From assembly GCA_965644495.1 (NCBI GenBank), contig CBFFSA010000056.1, positions 1-51,585 of the forward strand: a DNA stretch of 51,585 bases, written 5' to 3'. The DNA comes from Perkinsela sp. CCAP 1560/9 (Eukaryota; Protista; Euglenozoa: Kinetoplastea). Positions 32,291 to 44,260 of this stretch are shown in pieces. Below the pieces are notes generated by a model that worked only from the letters and a program-made list of their open reading frames with translations, had not been told where the DNA came from and made no database searches. The number at the start of each line of letters is the position of its first letter. Positions within the stretch are counted from its first letter, which is position 1. Position numbers and translations under genes: made by a program.

Positions 32291-33268
32291 TCTTTGCAAA
32301 CACACATTTATACAGATGGAGCACGAATCGTTAAAAAGGATGAAACTCACACAGGTTGTGGGGTAGTCTGCCTACGCCGCCGCCAGCCCTCTATATCTCT
32401 TGGGTTAAAACCTCCTCATGAATTCTCTCAATCTATTCAGGAAATCGAATCCTTTGCCGCGCACGAGGCTCTTCTCATCGCATTGTCTTACGACGGAGAT
32501 GTCATTTTGCACACGGACTCTGAGTATGTTTGGGATTTCTTTCATGGAGCTATCCATAGGTTCAGATTCATAGGATTTAAATCGTTTGAGGGAGGCGCTA
32601 TACTTCAGAAATTGCAAGAAACATATATTTCGCTAAGAGGGACAAAGCGCTTCTACTGCGTAAAAGTTAAAGCGCATAACGAAAATCCACATAATTATAT
32701 GGCAGACTGGGTGGCTAAACAAGCAAGTAAAATAAGCAAGGGAGAAAAGGCTTTGAGATTCTACGGCGAGATTCCTCATGCAGAAGACAAGCGCAAAAAC
32801 CATACCAATGGTGATTCTAATGGCAGCAAAATGCAGCGCAAACTTAAATCGGTAACCTCTAGCCAAATATGCGCCCATGGTGAGCACGTAAAAATATTGC
32901 CAAAAAGTAGGACAGTTAGCAAAGGCAAACGTACAGAGATAGAAACGGAAACGAAACGCACAAGATCACAAGAACGCGTACACTCCAACAACACAAAAAG
33001 GCTAAAAGACATTGAGTCAAAGCAACAGTTGCCTCATATAGCACGTATTGTTATTAGTGATCGGGTTAAATTTAGAGCTCCGCAAAGAAAGAGGAGTAAT
33101 CAGTTATACCAGGAGAATGATGAGCCAAGCTATGAAAGTCTGGACACAAAGGGGTCACGTCAAAAAACACTCAGTACAAGAGAGAACTGCGTCAAAAAGA
33201 CAGAAAAGCGTCAGTGGAAAGACGATAGATCGCGCACTAACAACGCATTACGAACACCAAAGAAATGA
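32290..33268 (+). pseudogene. RNase H + basic C-terminal tail of an RTE-like element (plus strand)
   Basis: HIYTDG, IESFA, LHTDS, KVKAHNENPHNYMAD; same architecture as the C-termini of the 30598 and 46126 ORFs. Confidence 0.8.
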
Positions 33269-33616
33269 TACCCCCCTCATACCCCCCTTGATCGCATTTT
33301 CTGAACAGGTGAGGGATAGTGTGATAAGGTGATATGCTGTTGTTTCTCGTGAAAATATTTTATTAGGTAAACCGTTTGTGCTGAAAATGAAAAGTCGATT
33401 TCATATCACAATTCTTTGACTAAGTACTGGAACGTCATCCACCTCGAATGATTAGGATACATGGAAGTTGTTGCAAGATGTTTTTGAAAAGCTTCTGGTG
33501 AATATGTTAGTTTTGTGGACACCGCCAAAGTGTTTTATGGTAGGAGAAATTTGTGAAACTTTCAACTGGGACATATTAATTTATTATCCCAGTGATGGTT
33601 GGTTGGTTGGTTGTTG

Positions 33617-34328
33617 GTGACGCGGCTTTCCAGCATAGCAGGACCGTCATTGCTTGTGTTATCGACAGGCGTGTGCACAATTTTTGCAACATGGGAGGTG
33701 TTATCGGTTGCATTTGACGTTGTGGTTCCGTGCCCCCCTGGGCCTGAATCGCATTTGTGAACAACTTCAACGGATTGCATTCCATCCCCATCAACGTGAA
33801 AACCGTGTGAAGAGCGCGAGCATAATTGAGGCGAGTTGACGGCGCGACGCGTAGAGTCTGGAGATACAAAATGGCGGTTGCTGAATTCATCTCTCGGTGC
33901 TTCACGCGACAAAATTCGTTTACGTTTTTCCATAGGCGTGTTCTGTTGTTCCAAGTCGACTTTGCCCACATCGGCTGAATCGCTTCGGTCAGCTGGACGG
34001 AGTCCGGATCGTCCGGATTTATCCTCAGAATTGCCTGAGTAATGTTTTGAACTTGGTCGTGGGATACATCGCGACTGTGTTCTCGTTTTAGTCCTCTGAC
34101 TGTTTGCGAATCTGTGCGGTGCGCGACACGTGTTTGAGGTAAGACCCTTAGTGGAATCAGTCGTGTGCAAGGATGCATTTTGGTCTGTATTGGGATACGA
34201 GTAGTTTTGGGCACACTCCGGGCACTGATTTTGAGAAATTTGGGAGAGCACCTCACGAACGAGTTTTGCGAACTTTTCCACGATCTCTTCAATCCAATGA
34301 CACGAGTAGTTTTTGGGGTGGGGAACAA
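33617..34328 (-). CDS. Tyrosine recombinase N-terminal part, overlapped by the N-terminal frame of the RT/RH ORF (from 34281)
   Basis: WAKSTWNNRTRLW and STRLNYARAL. Both frames continue near-identically into 29530-29685. Confidence 0.75.
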
Positions 34329-34331
34329 TCC

Positions 34332-35283
34332 CTAGTGGATTGTCCGTCTTTCGCTGCGCACCATTTGGTGGGAACGCGCAGCGCCACTCGCCACCCCCCT
34401 CTGAAAAATCTGAGTCAAAAGAGGACAGTTAGCACGTATATGACCTGGTTTACGACAATTATAGCAAACAGGGTTGGCACGGCGAGAAATACGAGTTTGC
34501 TTGAGCTGTTCCTCAAGCATCATTTTCCCAAATACGTCATTGGGGTCTTCCACTTGATGGAGGCGTTGTTGAACACGATCGACTGGCGCTCCAGCAGCTG
34601 CCCAATAGTGCGTGCGTAACTCCTCGATCAGCATGGTAGCGATAGCAACGAAATCTTCTGTCCAGGTGCCTAGCTCGCGCGCCGCATAAATCCATTTGGT
34701 GAGGATAGTAAACAAGCGCTCTCGGATTGAAGCGAACACCTAATTGAGGAGCATCGCGCAATTCTCTGATCAATTCACGGGGCTTGAAGTCATCTTCAGA
34801 GTATATATACGATTTCCATGTCAAGGGGAAGATTACTGAAAATGCCTTGGGGTTTTCTACGCCCACTTCAGATTGGATAGGATCACTCACCCGTTGTCCA
34901 CCCGGCATACGTGCTTGAACCTTGACGAAACTGAGATCGTAATAGCTTATATCCGGGAAAGGAAACGAATATTCAATGTCAGGGTCATCGTCCCATCGCG
35001 CTTTAATCTCACTGTTCGGATCTTTTGGATTCTTAAAGTAGACACGACCTGTAACCGTGTATCGATCCTGGTCCCCTCGCTCCGACCACACTGCTTGAAC
35101 GAAGACGCGATAACCTCGTGAGAGTAGTAAATTGGTTTTATCTGCAAATTCTCGCAAAGCTTCTTCGGACAACGGAACGGCATGGCCACCGCCTTGCAGA
35201 ATCGCCTCAACCTGGCCAGGGTTGAGTGTCTGCTGGTGATCACTCGGCGCGGCCGGATCAGGACTGATCGCTCTGGCCGTCAT
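34332..35283 (-). pseudogene. Gag-like ORF with CCHC zinc knuckle, frameshifted near 34740
   Basis: Two track ORFs (34537-35283 and 34332-34739); CYNCRKPGHIRANC followed by FQRG; immediately upstream of the YR. Confidence 0.7.
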
Positions 35284-35486
35284 CGCACACTAATAAAAAT
35301 AACTTGTAAGAGAATGTAAGCTATAAAACTATACACAATCTACATAAAGTTATAATTTAAATCATATTAAAAGATATAATAGAATTCATAATCAGAGATT
35401 ATGTGCCTCGTAGGGCCATTCGAGAAAAAGGAGTCTTTTCAAATTCGTATTTGTTCTCGTCTAAATTTCCTCTCGTAAACTATCAG

Positions 35487-36475
35487 GCTAAAACGTGCTT
35501 TGCTATATCCATTCTGCTCGGCGAGTTAAAGGCATTTTTAACGTCTACGGATAGAATGGAATATCCATTGCTGTGGCGATTCCGAAGTTGGTGCACTATT
35601 TTCTCACATCCCTCTTTTGAGAAAACGCCCTGTTGCATGGGTGCAAATAACGGAGCCAGCGTATGCTCATACCTTTGCATTAGGACTATGCCGGCCAATT
35701 TATTGAGCACCTCACCCATTGCGACTGGGCGAACCCCTCCACAACTTTTGGGAATGGCAACCAGCCTAGAGCGGTTGATGCGACGAATCACGTCCTTGCC
35801 CAGGAAACCGTTGATGAGATCACATATCATGTGACACAAATTGATGCAGCAAAGTTCATCATCAAGCAGCAGCCGTACAATGCTATCCGTCATCCCTGTT
35901 GGACCCGGATTGGCCCCTTTCGCCAGGCGCTTTCCAGCAGCACGGAGTTCTTCCATTTCAATCCCAGACATTATTGGCGCGTCTGCTGGGATTCTGAAGT
36001 CGCATTCTTTTTGAGGATGCAATTCTGACAACTTGTCCAAGGTTTCCTCATCCGGAAGATTACTTGGCGTGAAGGCTTGATCTAATACTCTGGCTGCTTT
36101 TGACGCGCACCCTTCAGTAACCAACCGCGTTGCTCTTTTGATAGCTCTCCGGTCATTCAAGGCGGCCTGATCTTCCTTGTCATCGTTATTTTTAAGATAT
36201 GGTCTTTGTCTCCTACTCCTCCCACTGGCGCGGCGTACTCCTGCAAGCGACAGCTTCATCGCCGACAGCAGTCGATGCCAAATAATATTCCTCTGCTGGT
36301 GATCGGCATTGATGTAATCCTTTACAATTTCACGAAAAGTTGCGATGACGCATGGAATAAGGTCAGGACTGATATTCCGAACGGTGGGTATTGGTAAGAG
36401 ATCAACTCCCTCCCCATGTACGTCGTCTGGGGTCAGTGTGATCAGATGATTCTCGATAGTTGTTGGCTCGATCTC
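35487..36475 (-). pseudogene. CRE-clade fragment (pre-RT + RT N-terminal half)
   Basis: EGCASKAARVL, ANPGPTG, IPKSCGGVRPVAMGE, VDVKNAFNS. Confidence 0.85.
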
Positions 36476-36479
36476 CTTG

Positions 36480-39400
36480 TTGGCTTTTTTTTCATATTCT
36501 TACCTCCCGTCATGGGCATGTTGACTCGCAGCAGGGCGAAGGACACTGGAGTAGCTCCAGAGATCCTACCGCTGCCGCCGTCCCGACGAGGGAACAAGAA
36601 ACCGCTTGAAGCGGTGCTGCCGCCGCCAGCGCCCACATCACAACAGTCGCCCCCGCCGCAGCAGCGATCGCCATCTTCGCGACAAAAACAGAAGCCCCCT
36701 GAGGCGCTTCCGCCACAGACGCCGCCACAGAGAAAACCGTCTCCGCCGCCCGAGGCGACGCCATCTCCACTCGCTGCGCCTCACGCCGCGCCTTCTCCCG
36801 TCGCGCCGCCTTCTCCCCACCCCGCCGCGCCACTCGTCCCTACCGCCGCGCGGCCTTCACCGTCCTCAACTCCACCCCCTCCGCCTTCACCCTCTACACC
36901 CCAACCGCGGAAGACACTCCGTTCCCCTCCCCCTTCGGGAGATATGCCCCCTCCGTTACCCCCTCCCTCGACATCTCCGTTGCCCCCGCCTTGCCCCCAA
37001 GCTTCGTCCCCAGGCCAGCAAATTCTACCGAAGCCACTCTCGCCTCCGAATTGCCCATTTCCACGCAATTTCATCCAAGATCACTCCGGTACCCCGAACC
37101 GCGAGGAATCGATTAAGGCCAGCACGACGAACAGGAACGAATGCAGCATCACAATCAAACGCACCAACCTGTCACTCAACTATTTCAAACGTCGCGGTAA
37201 ACTCAACTTAGTCGCCAGTCCCAAAAAGCAGAACAGCCCCATCATCCGACAATTTGAAGGCAGTGCAAACATGAAGAAGAACAGCGCGAAAACAACCGCA
37301 TTCGCTGATCACGGCACTGAGTCAAATTACGCCGACGCTGCCCCAGCGCCGACGCCGACCTATCTATTAACTTATGTCGACGCTGCCACACCTCCGCCAA
37401 AAGATCCTACAACTCTAGATGAAACGAAGCGGCAAGAACACTACAAACGCGCAAAGCAAGGTTCGCTTTCTCCCGAAACTCACCCTGCCGAAACTCACTC
37501 CACTGATGAACGCTCGACCGGAAATTCCGCTTCAAAATCGTGTTTGCAAACCTCAAACGCGATGCGCACAACGACCGCCCAAACGAATGGAGAAACGCTC
37601 AAAAACGGTGAGGCAATAAGAAATCTACCCAAGAAAACCTCCTTCTATGACACCCTCGCGGCTCATTTTCCTTCACGCTTTCCAGCACGCCTTACAAGAC
37701 GACAGATCCGAATTTCTTCATCTCCGGAGGCCTCACAATCAAATCCGCAAATGGGAAATGAGAAATCTGGACCTGCTGACAACAGTGGTATCGATCGCCT
37801 CGAGACATCGGCAAACACAGATTCAGCTAACTCACCGGAAACAGGCTCATCACAAGCAAATCAATCGCCGCAGGCAATATCGTCACACGTAAATCAAGAA
37901 ACTGGAAAATCTGAACTTGTTGACATCATTGAAGTCGATATTGGAAGGCATCGTTTCTAGCACTGCCGGGGTACGCCAAGGTTCACCATTGGCTACTCTA
38001 TATTTCTGCGCATTCTTGCAGCCGATATTGGAAACGCTGTCAATGGAGTTCCCGACCATTGAAATCTCTGCGTTCATCGATGACATAACGCTCGTATCAA
38101 CGGATCCAGACCAATTAGAAAAAGCCTTTATACGACTGCAAGCTTTAATGTCGGAACGTCAATTGAACTTCTCACTGCAAAAGTGCGTATGGTTTGGAGG
38201 ACAAACACGACATGCGATTCCCGCCAAACTAGCATCGCTCGGTCTTGCAGAGGAGACAACTGTTACGAAGATCCTAGGTGCTTATGTTGGAGAAGATGAA
38301 ACCATTAGTGAAGAATTACTCAAAACGTTGCAAAAACACGATGACATCTTCCGACGGCTTAAGAAAATGGGCCTCAGCAACGTCTCACTTAATATACTGA
38401 CGCGTTGTGTTAATGTACGACAGCAGTATCTGATGAGAGTTCAACACCCAAGTACCACAGATGCTCTCACATCGCAGTTTGACAAAGAAATTGAAGGGGT
38501 TTTGACACATTGGTTAGGACCTTTACAGAATCAACAGGTTGAAATCGCGCGATTGCCAGTTAAGAAAGGAGGGCTAGGATTAACCGCCACGCATCCACTA
38601 CGAGAAGCCGCACACACTTCTTCAAAGTATGCAGCTCAAGAGCGCCAAAATTCCTTTTCTGCTCGAGCTCACACAATGAAGAAGACTACGACACAAGCCG
38701 AACATCTCATACACGAAGGAAAAATGACGGTACTACGACCTCCCGAAGACGATATAACAGAAACTGTTAAGCTGCAAAATAAAACTTGGGAAAAACTCAT
38801 GCACGAACCAAAGCTTGCCGCCATTCTCAAAGTTACCTCATACAAAGGCAATAACGACTGGCTCATGTCAAACACCAGACTCGTACCTCCACGGAACTTT
38901 GAACTTACGATCATGCCGCGACTTGGAATTGTCCATCCCAAATTACCTCGAAACCTCACCTGCCCCGGGTGCAAGATTATATTAGACGGCAACACGGCCC
39001 TCACCCACATCCCTGGATGTGTCCGATGCTCCGGCCTCAACGCAACCGTAAAACACAACGCTCTTGTCAAGTACATTGGTGACCTATGTATTCGGGCTGG
39101 AATTCCATGTGAGATCGAACCTCGGGCCTTCACCACGTGGACGTGTCAAGCATGCAACGCAAATGTTAACTACGAGAACCAGGTCATTCATCAAAGAACA
39201 TGTGCTGGACGAACTTTCCATCGATCAGGACCTGATCTCTTGATTTACTGGGCCAGCGGGGAAATTTTCTACGACCTTACCGTTGTCCATGACCTTTCTC
39301 CGTCGCACATCAACTCTAATTGCTCGAAACTAATGAAGGAAGCCACAGAACGAAAACATGGACATTATGTCGCAAGCGGACTAATTTCATCAGGAGCATT

Positions 39401-39806
39401 TCAGTGCCTACCAGTTTTATCCAGCGGAGGACTGAGCACAACAACAAGAAATCTCCTCTACGCTTTGGCCGACGCAACAGTGCAAAATAGAAAAACCGTC
39501 GAGGCCGACTTTAAACTTCTATTACAGGACCTCAACGGAGCTGCTGTATACTCGCAACTCCGCAAATACTTAGCGTCGAATGGAACAGAAAATTATGGTT
39601 TTTGAGTCAAACAGATTAATACTTTAGTAAAATTATATATTTAATACATAAGCTTACAAAGACGCGTAAGCTTCAACAAAAAAAATCAACAAACCAGAAA
39701 ACTTAAATTATCTATTTATCTATTTATTTGTAAGTCCTGTTCTAGTTATTTTTGGAGGTAGTTTCTCTCACGAGAGAAGGGGGGAAGGTGATTTTTCGCC
39801 CGTGGC
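36480..39806 (+). mobile_element. CRE-clade element on plus strand with an internal deletion (Pro-rich N-terminus from ATG 36512 joined near 37920 to RT C-half + RLE)
   Basis: MGMLTRSRAK...Pro-rich, then GVRQGSPL, FIDD, RLPVKKGGLGL, CPGC knuckle and SGPD. Stop at 39605; 3' hairpin/purine tract at 39757-39791. Confidence 0.88.
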
Positions 39807-39877
39807 TTCAACGTCGGAATATTATCCTTTGCATGCAAGGGGATATGGTAGTCGTCGGTTTTAGCTAATTTGGAACA

Positions 39878-41298
39878 AAAAAACTCGATAGTGCTATCAC
39901 GTAACACGGTAACATCAATCGGAGGTGGCGCTTGATGCCAGATAATGCGGAAGATTCTCACGTTTTCTTGGGGCGGCAGAGATCCTGTGTATTCCTGTTC
40001 TTATTTGTACCCTGAGATCCCCGTGTATTGCATTGAGAGTTTCCCCATCCCTCCACGCTTGCTATGCGTTCGCACTACCTTACCGCACGCCATATTGATC
40101 TTTTCCTGATTTGCAAAAGCCCACACTATCGAACACAAAGTTCCTGCCTTTATTTGCTTGGATTGTCTCCAGATTTCGTCAGGTGGTATGGGGAATTGTG
40201 TTTTGACGTCAATGTTCTGCATAATCTCAAAGACTCCTGAGCTTCCGTCCGGGTGTTCGTCGTTAATAAAGCTGATCGGATGGACATCACCTTCCCGTTG
40301 TGGTTTATCTCCCTGAGGCGAGTCGCAATCCTGGAACTCATGCGCTGAGTGATCCTCCAAACCTTCAGATGCGGCTGCTATTTCCTCGTTCCTGACAGGT
40401 GGCTCAAGTGATTGACCGGATTCCTTGCTCGTGTCCGGAGGTTGTGCGTCACCTGCTGCATTGAAAACTGCATCTGACATGGCGTTGGATGCCGCTTTTA
40501 AGGCGCCAGCTGCGACGGCACAAGTTCTTTTAATACGAATGCGCCATTTTCCCGTCTCGTTCGGTTCTCCAATCGGGGCCGCGGGAGAACATGACGCCGC
40601 CTTAGCTGGAGATGCTAGCAATTCGACTGGATACGACATCCGTAAGGGGAGTGGCGAGGGAAGCTTCAAGGGTTGAGACGCAATTGGAGGTCGCAATGTT
40701 TCAATGTTTGTTCGCTGTGGAGATGAGATGCTGGAGGCGGAGTTTTTGTTGATGCCTGCGGTGATGGTTCTGCCTTCCATGTCTCTAAGTTCAAGGCTCT
40801 CATGCGTGCTCTTCGTGATGAGGTGTGCATGCTTGGCCTTGACAACGGCGGAGGCCCAACGAGCGACACGGAGGGAGGCGGAATCGGCGCGACGGAGGCC
40901 GTATCGGAGGTCAGAAGAGGCGGCGCCGCACACATCACGACGGGCAGCTCGGCAGAGAGCGGAGATGACAGCATATCGGGCGGCGCAGTGGTCACCACAG
41001 TGAGCGGAGAAGCGATGGGATGATCGACGATCACCGCGGGAGCGACAGGCACATCGGGCGGAAGAGGAAACGCAGCAGACGTTGCAGACGACACGGCGGG
41101 AAGAGACGTCGCGGCGGGAGATGGCGGCGCAGCAGACGGCGCAGGGGAAAGAGATGGCGGCGCAGCAGACGGCGCAGCGGGAGATGGCGGCGCAGCACAC
41201 TGCGTATTCTGAGAATGCTTTTTCCGCCGGGTGGGGGGGAGGGGCAAAATAACCGGTGCTACACCAGCCTCTTTCGCTTTGGCGCCCGTGGAGCGCAT
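39878..41298 (-). pseudogene. CRE-clade N-terminal region (Pro/Ala-rich + conserved pre-RT domain), frameshifted, with an in-frame TAA at 40001
   Basis: MRSTGAKAKEAGVAPVILPLPP matches the 36512 start. GTLCSIVWAF...LPPQENVRIFRIIW matches the 20047 element. Confidence 0.75.
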
Positions 41299-41337
41299 AT
41301 ATTATATACGCGCCGATTACTATCAAATGTGAGACAT

Positions 41338-43545
41338 GTTCACCTTCCCCCCTTCTCTCAATTTTCAAAGAGAAACTATCCCGAAAATGAAATCTATATA
41401 TTTTTATAAGCTGACTCAGCTTATAGTGATATTGTGTTTAGAACTTATATACTATATTCTTGAGTTTGCGTGCAGCCGTCTAAGTATTTCTTTAGCTGCG
41501 CATAAATCCCTAATCCATTAAGCTCCTGAATCGTCAGCTTCATTTCGAGTTCGACCTGTTTCCTGTTTAGCATGGCCGCGTCTGCTAGCGAGTGTACCAA
41601 GTTCTGCGTATTGCGGTGCAAAGCGCCTCCTGCCAGTACGGGTAAACATTGAAATGAGTCTTCACGAATTAAGTTCGTACGTACATATGTGTTGGACTTT
41701 CGCTGCAGCGCGTCATTCATGAGCTGTGTGCATTTCTTTCCACGATTAGACATTGAGAGTTCGTGAATAACTGTCAGATCATAGAAGACCGCACCCGTGT
41801 TCCAATAGATCACGAGATCGGGGCCAGACCGACAAAGTTTTTTTCCTGCACAAGTCTTCTGATGTACCAACTGGTTTTCCGGACTGATTGTGGATCGGCA
41901 AGCGATGCACTTCCACGTAGAAAAGTTTCTAGGTTCCGTTTCACATGGGATGCCTGCTTTCACGCATAGACGATGTAAAAATCCGACAAGTGAGTTATGT
42001 TTCACGGTCGTATTTATACCTGAACATTGAGCACAGCCTGGGATATGGGTGAGGGCGTTTCGGTTATTGAGGAGAATACCGCACCCTGGACACAATAGAC
42101 TGGTAGGTAGATCTGGGTGTTGGGCATTTAGTCGTGGCATAATCGCGAGTTTGAAGAGATGGGAAGGGATGTACTTCGCGTTGGAAAGGATCCAGTCGCT
42201 GTTTCCTTTGAAGGATGTGGCTTGTAGAATGGGCTTAATGTCGGGATCCGTTTGCAACTCTTTCAATACTTCGACATGATGAATGCTGGTGGAAGTTTTT
42301 TTGTCCACTGGTATGACTTTCATTGTCGAGTTCTTAGGAATAGACGGGTGTGATGGCACCGCGTTGTCGATCCGAGCTGAAAAAGAGTTTCGGCGCTCAA
42401 GAACCGAGTAGCGGGATGCCACATATGCCGTCTCCCTAAGGGGACTGCTCGCTGTCAAACCCATTCCTCCCTTCTTAACGGGTAATCGTACAATTTTCAT
42501 TTGATCAGGAGAGAGTGGACCAATCCAAGTCTCTACCACATTTTCAACCTCTTGATCGAATTGTGATGATGCTTTCTCTGTTGTTTCGGGCGGGTGAACA
42601 CGAATCAGGTATTGTTGACGAACATTGGCACATTTTGCTAAAAGAATCATCGATATATTATTGATGCCCATTCGTTTTAGCCGCCGAAAAGCTGTGACCT
42701 GCTTCTCTAGTTGACGCAAAAGTCGTTCACTTATTGTGTTGTTTTCTCCAATATACGCTCCGAGTACTTTGACCGCTTCGTCCTCCGACTTTACACCTTG
42801 GGTGCTCAGCGAATTCGGTATGGAATTTCCGGATTTTCCTCTGAACCAAACGCATTTTGCCTCGGCTAGTTTCACCTGTTTTTCTTCTAGGAGACCTTTG
42901 AGCCTAAAGAATGCTTTCTCCAGTTCGGTTGAATCTCGAGACACTAACGTTATATCGTCAATGTATGCATTTATTTCAATACCTGGAAATTCGGAGGCCA
43001 GTGTCTCGAGTATTGGTTGACAGAATACGCAAAAGTAAAGACTAGCCAGAGCGGACCCTTGCCGTACACCTGCTGAGCTCATTATAATGTCCGTCAGGCT
43101 GCCATCGGAGCCATAAAATAAAAGTTCGGAAGCATTTGAATATTCGGCCGCAAAGAACCTTTGAAAGGGTTTCAGTGTAGCGAAAGCAAAAACGCACTTT
43201 GCAATTTCCTCTCGTGAGGGTGAGTTGAATGCATTTTGCATATCCACAGTCAGGATTGAGTGTCCGTCAAGCCAGCGGTCCCGCAACTTGTGTACGATTC
43301 GTTCGCACCCCGCTTGAGAGAATACGCCTTGTTGCATTGGTGCAAAGAGGGGTTCTAGTGACTTTTCGTATCTTTGCAGCAGAATTATTCCAGCTAATTT
43401 GCTAAATATTTCTCCAATAGCTACTGGGCGTACTCCCCCGTTGGGCTTGTCGATGGCTACGAGTCTTGCCCGATTTAGACGCTGTAGAACTTGTCTAGAT
43501 AGGAATCCGTTGATCAGATCGCTCATCATGTGGCAAAGGCTATTG
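41338..43545 (-). mobile_element. CRE-clade element, RT-RLE part with 3' UTR (ORF 41445-43529); N-terminal region deleted
   Basis: IDKPNGGVRPVAIGE, VDMQNAFNS, YIDD, CPGC knuckle, SGPD, YDLTVIH. A short CRE-like start (MGVFTRAK, ~43588) lies just upstream. Confidence 0.9.
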
Positions 43546-43730
43546 CAACATGGCTATTGCAAATTTTGGCGCGCGTGAACACGCCCATTAAGAAAAGAAA
43601 AAGTAGAAAAAAGGAATGCAACAACTCTTTGTGCGCGCGCTGGTTAGCCACGGCTCTGTTTTCTAAATCCGTCATTTCTTGGAGGCGTTTCTCCTGTGAA
43701 ATCCTATGACAGGAAGCCACGGGCGAAACA

Positions 43731-44260
43731 TCACCTTCCCCCCTTCTCTCGTGAGAGAAACTACCTCCAAAAATAACTAGAACAGAACTTACAAGTAAAT
43801 GAATAAATAAATAGATAAATAAATACGCTAACCTGGAAATGTCTATAAGTATTTCGTATTGGCGCTACCCCCCATTGTATGGGGGTAGTTCTAACTAAGC
43901 TTAATAATAATAATAATAATAACAAAAGACTATACACATGCAACTTTCAACGTACACTCTCCTTAGCGCACTGAAACATCTATCCACATCACGAATAGGC
44001 CAAACCGCGGATTATGCGAATGGAGGTAGGAGACCTATTATCTAACTAAGCTTACGCGTCTTTGTAAGCTAAATCTTATAATTCTATATATTTAATATTT
44101 GACCTACGATAGTGCTTTGCTCATTTGAGAACACAGCACAGTGCCGTTTAACTCCTGGAGGTGCATTATGAAATCTTGCACCACGATATCGCGATCACGC
44201 CCGCTAGCATCGGCCAGAGATTTCAGGAGAGCCAGGCCACTTTTGTTCATTGCTCCTCCG
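43731..44260 (-). pseudogene. CRE-clade extreme C-terminus and 3' UTR, interrupted by a short insertion
   Basis: GGAMNKSGLALLKSLADASG...HLQELNGTVLCSQMSKALS*, stop at 44104-44106. The UTR is closely similar to 39630-39791. Confidence 0.8.
43904..44040 (-). mobile_element. ~137-bp SINE-like insertion with (TTA)n tail and 14-bp TSD; second copy at 44333-44477
   Basis: TCTAACTAAGCTTA at 43890-43903 and 44041-44054 flanks the insert. Confidence 0.55.

Larger units (their letters stand above)
27179..35486 (-). mobile_element. TATE/VIPER-like tyrosine-recombinase (DIRS-order) retrotransposon: gag-like, YR, RT/RNase H; interrupted at 29686-33616
   Basis: Gag with a CCHC knuckle, overlapping YR and RT/RH frames, and termini reused in the 24.4-kb mini-element. 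The two halves share a 156-bp duplication (29530-29685 and 33617-33772). Confidence 0.8.
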
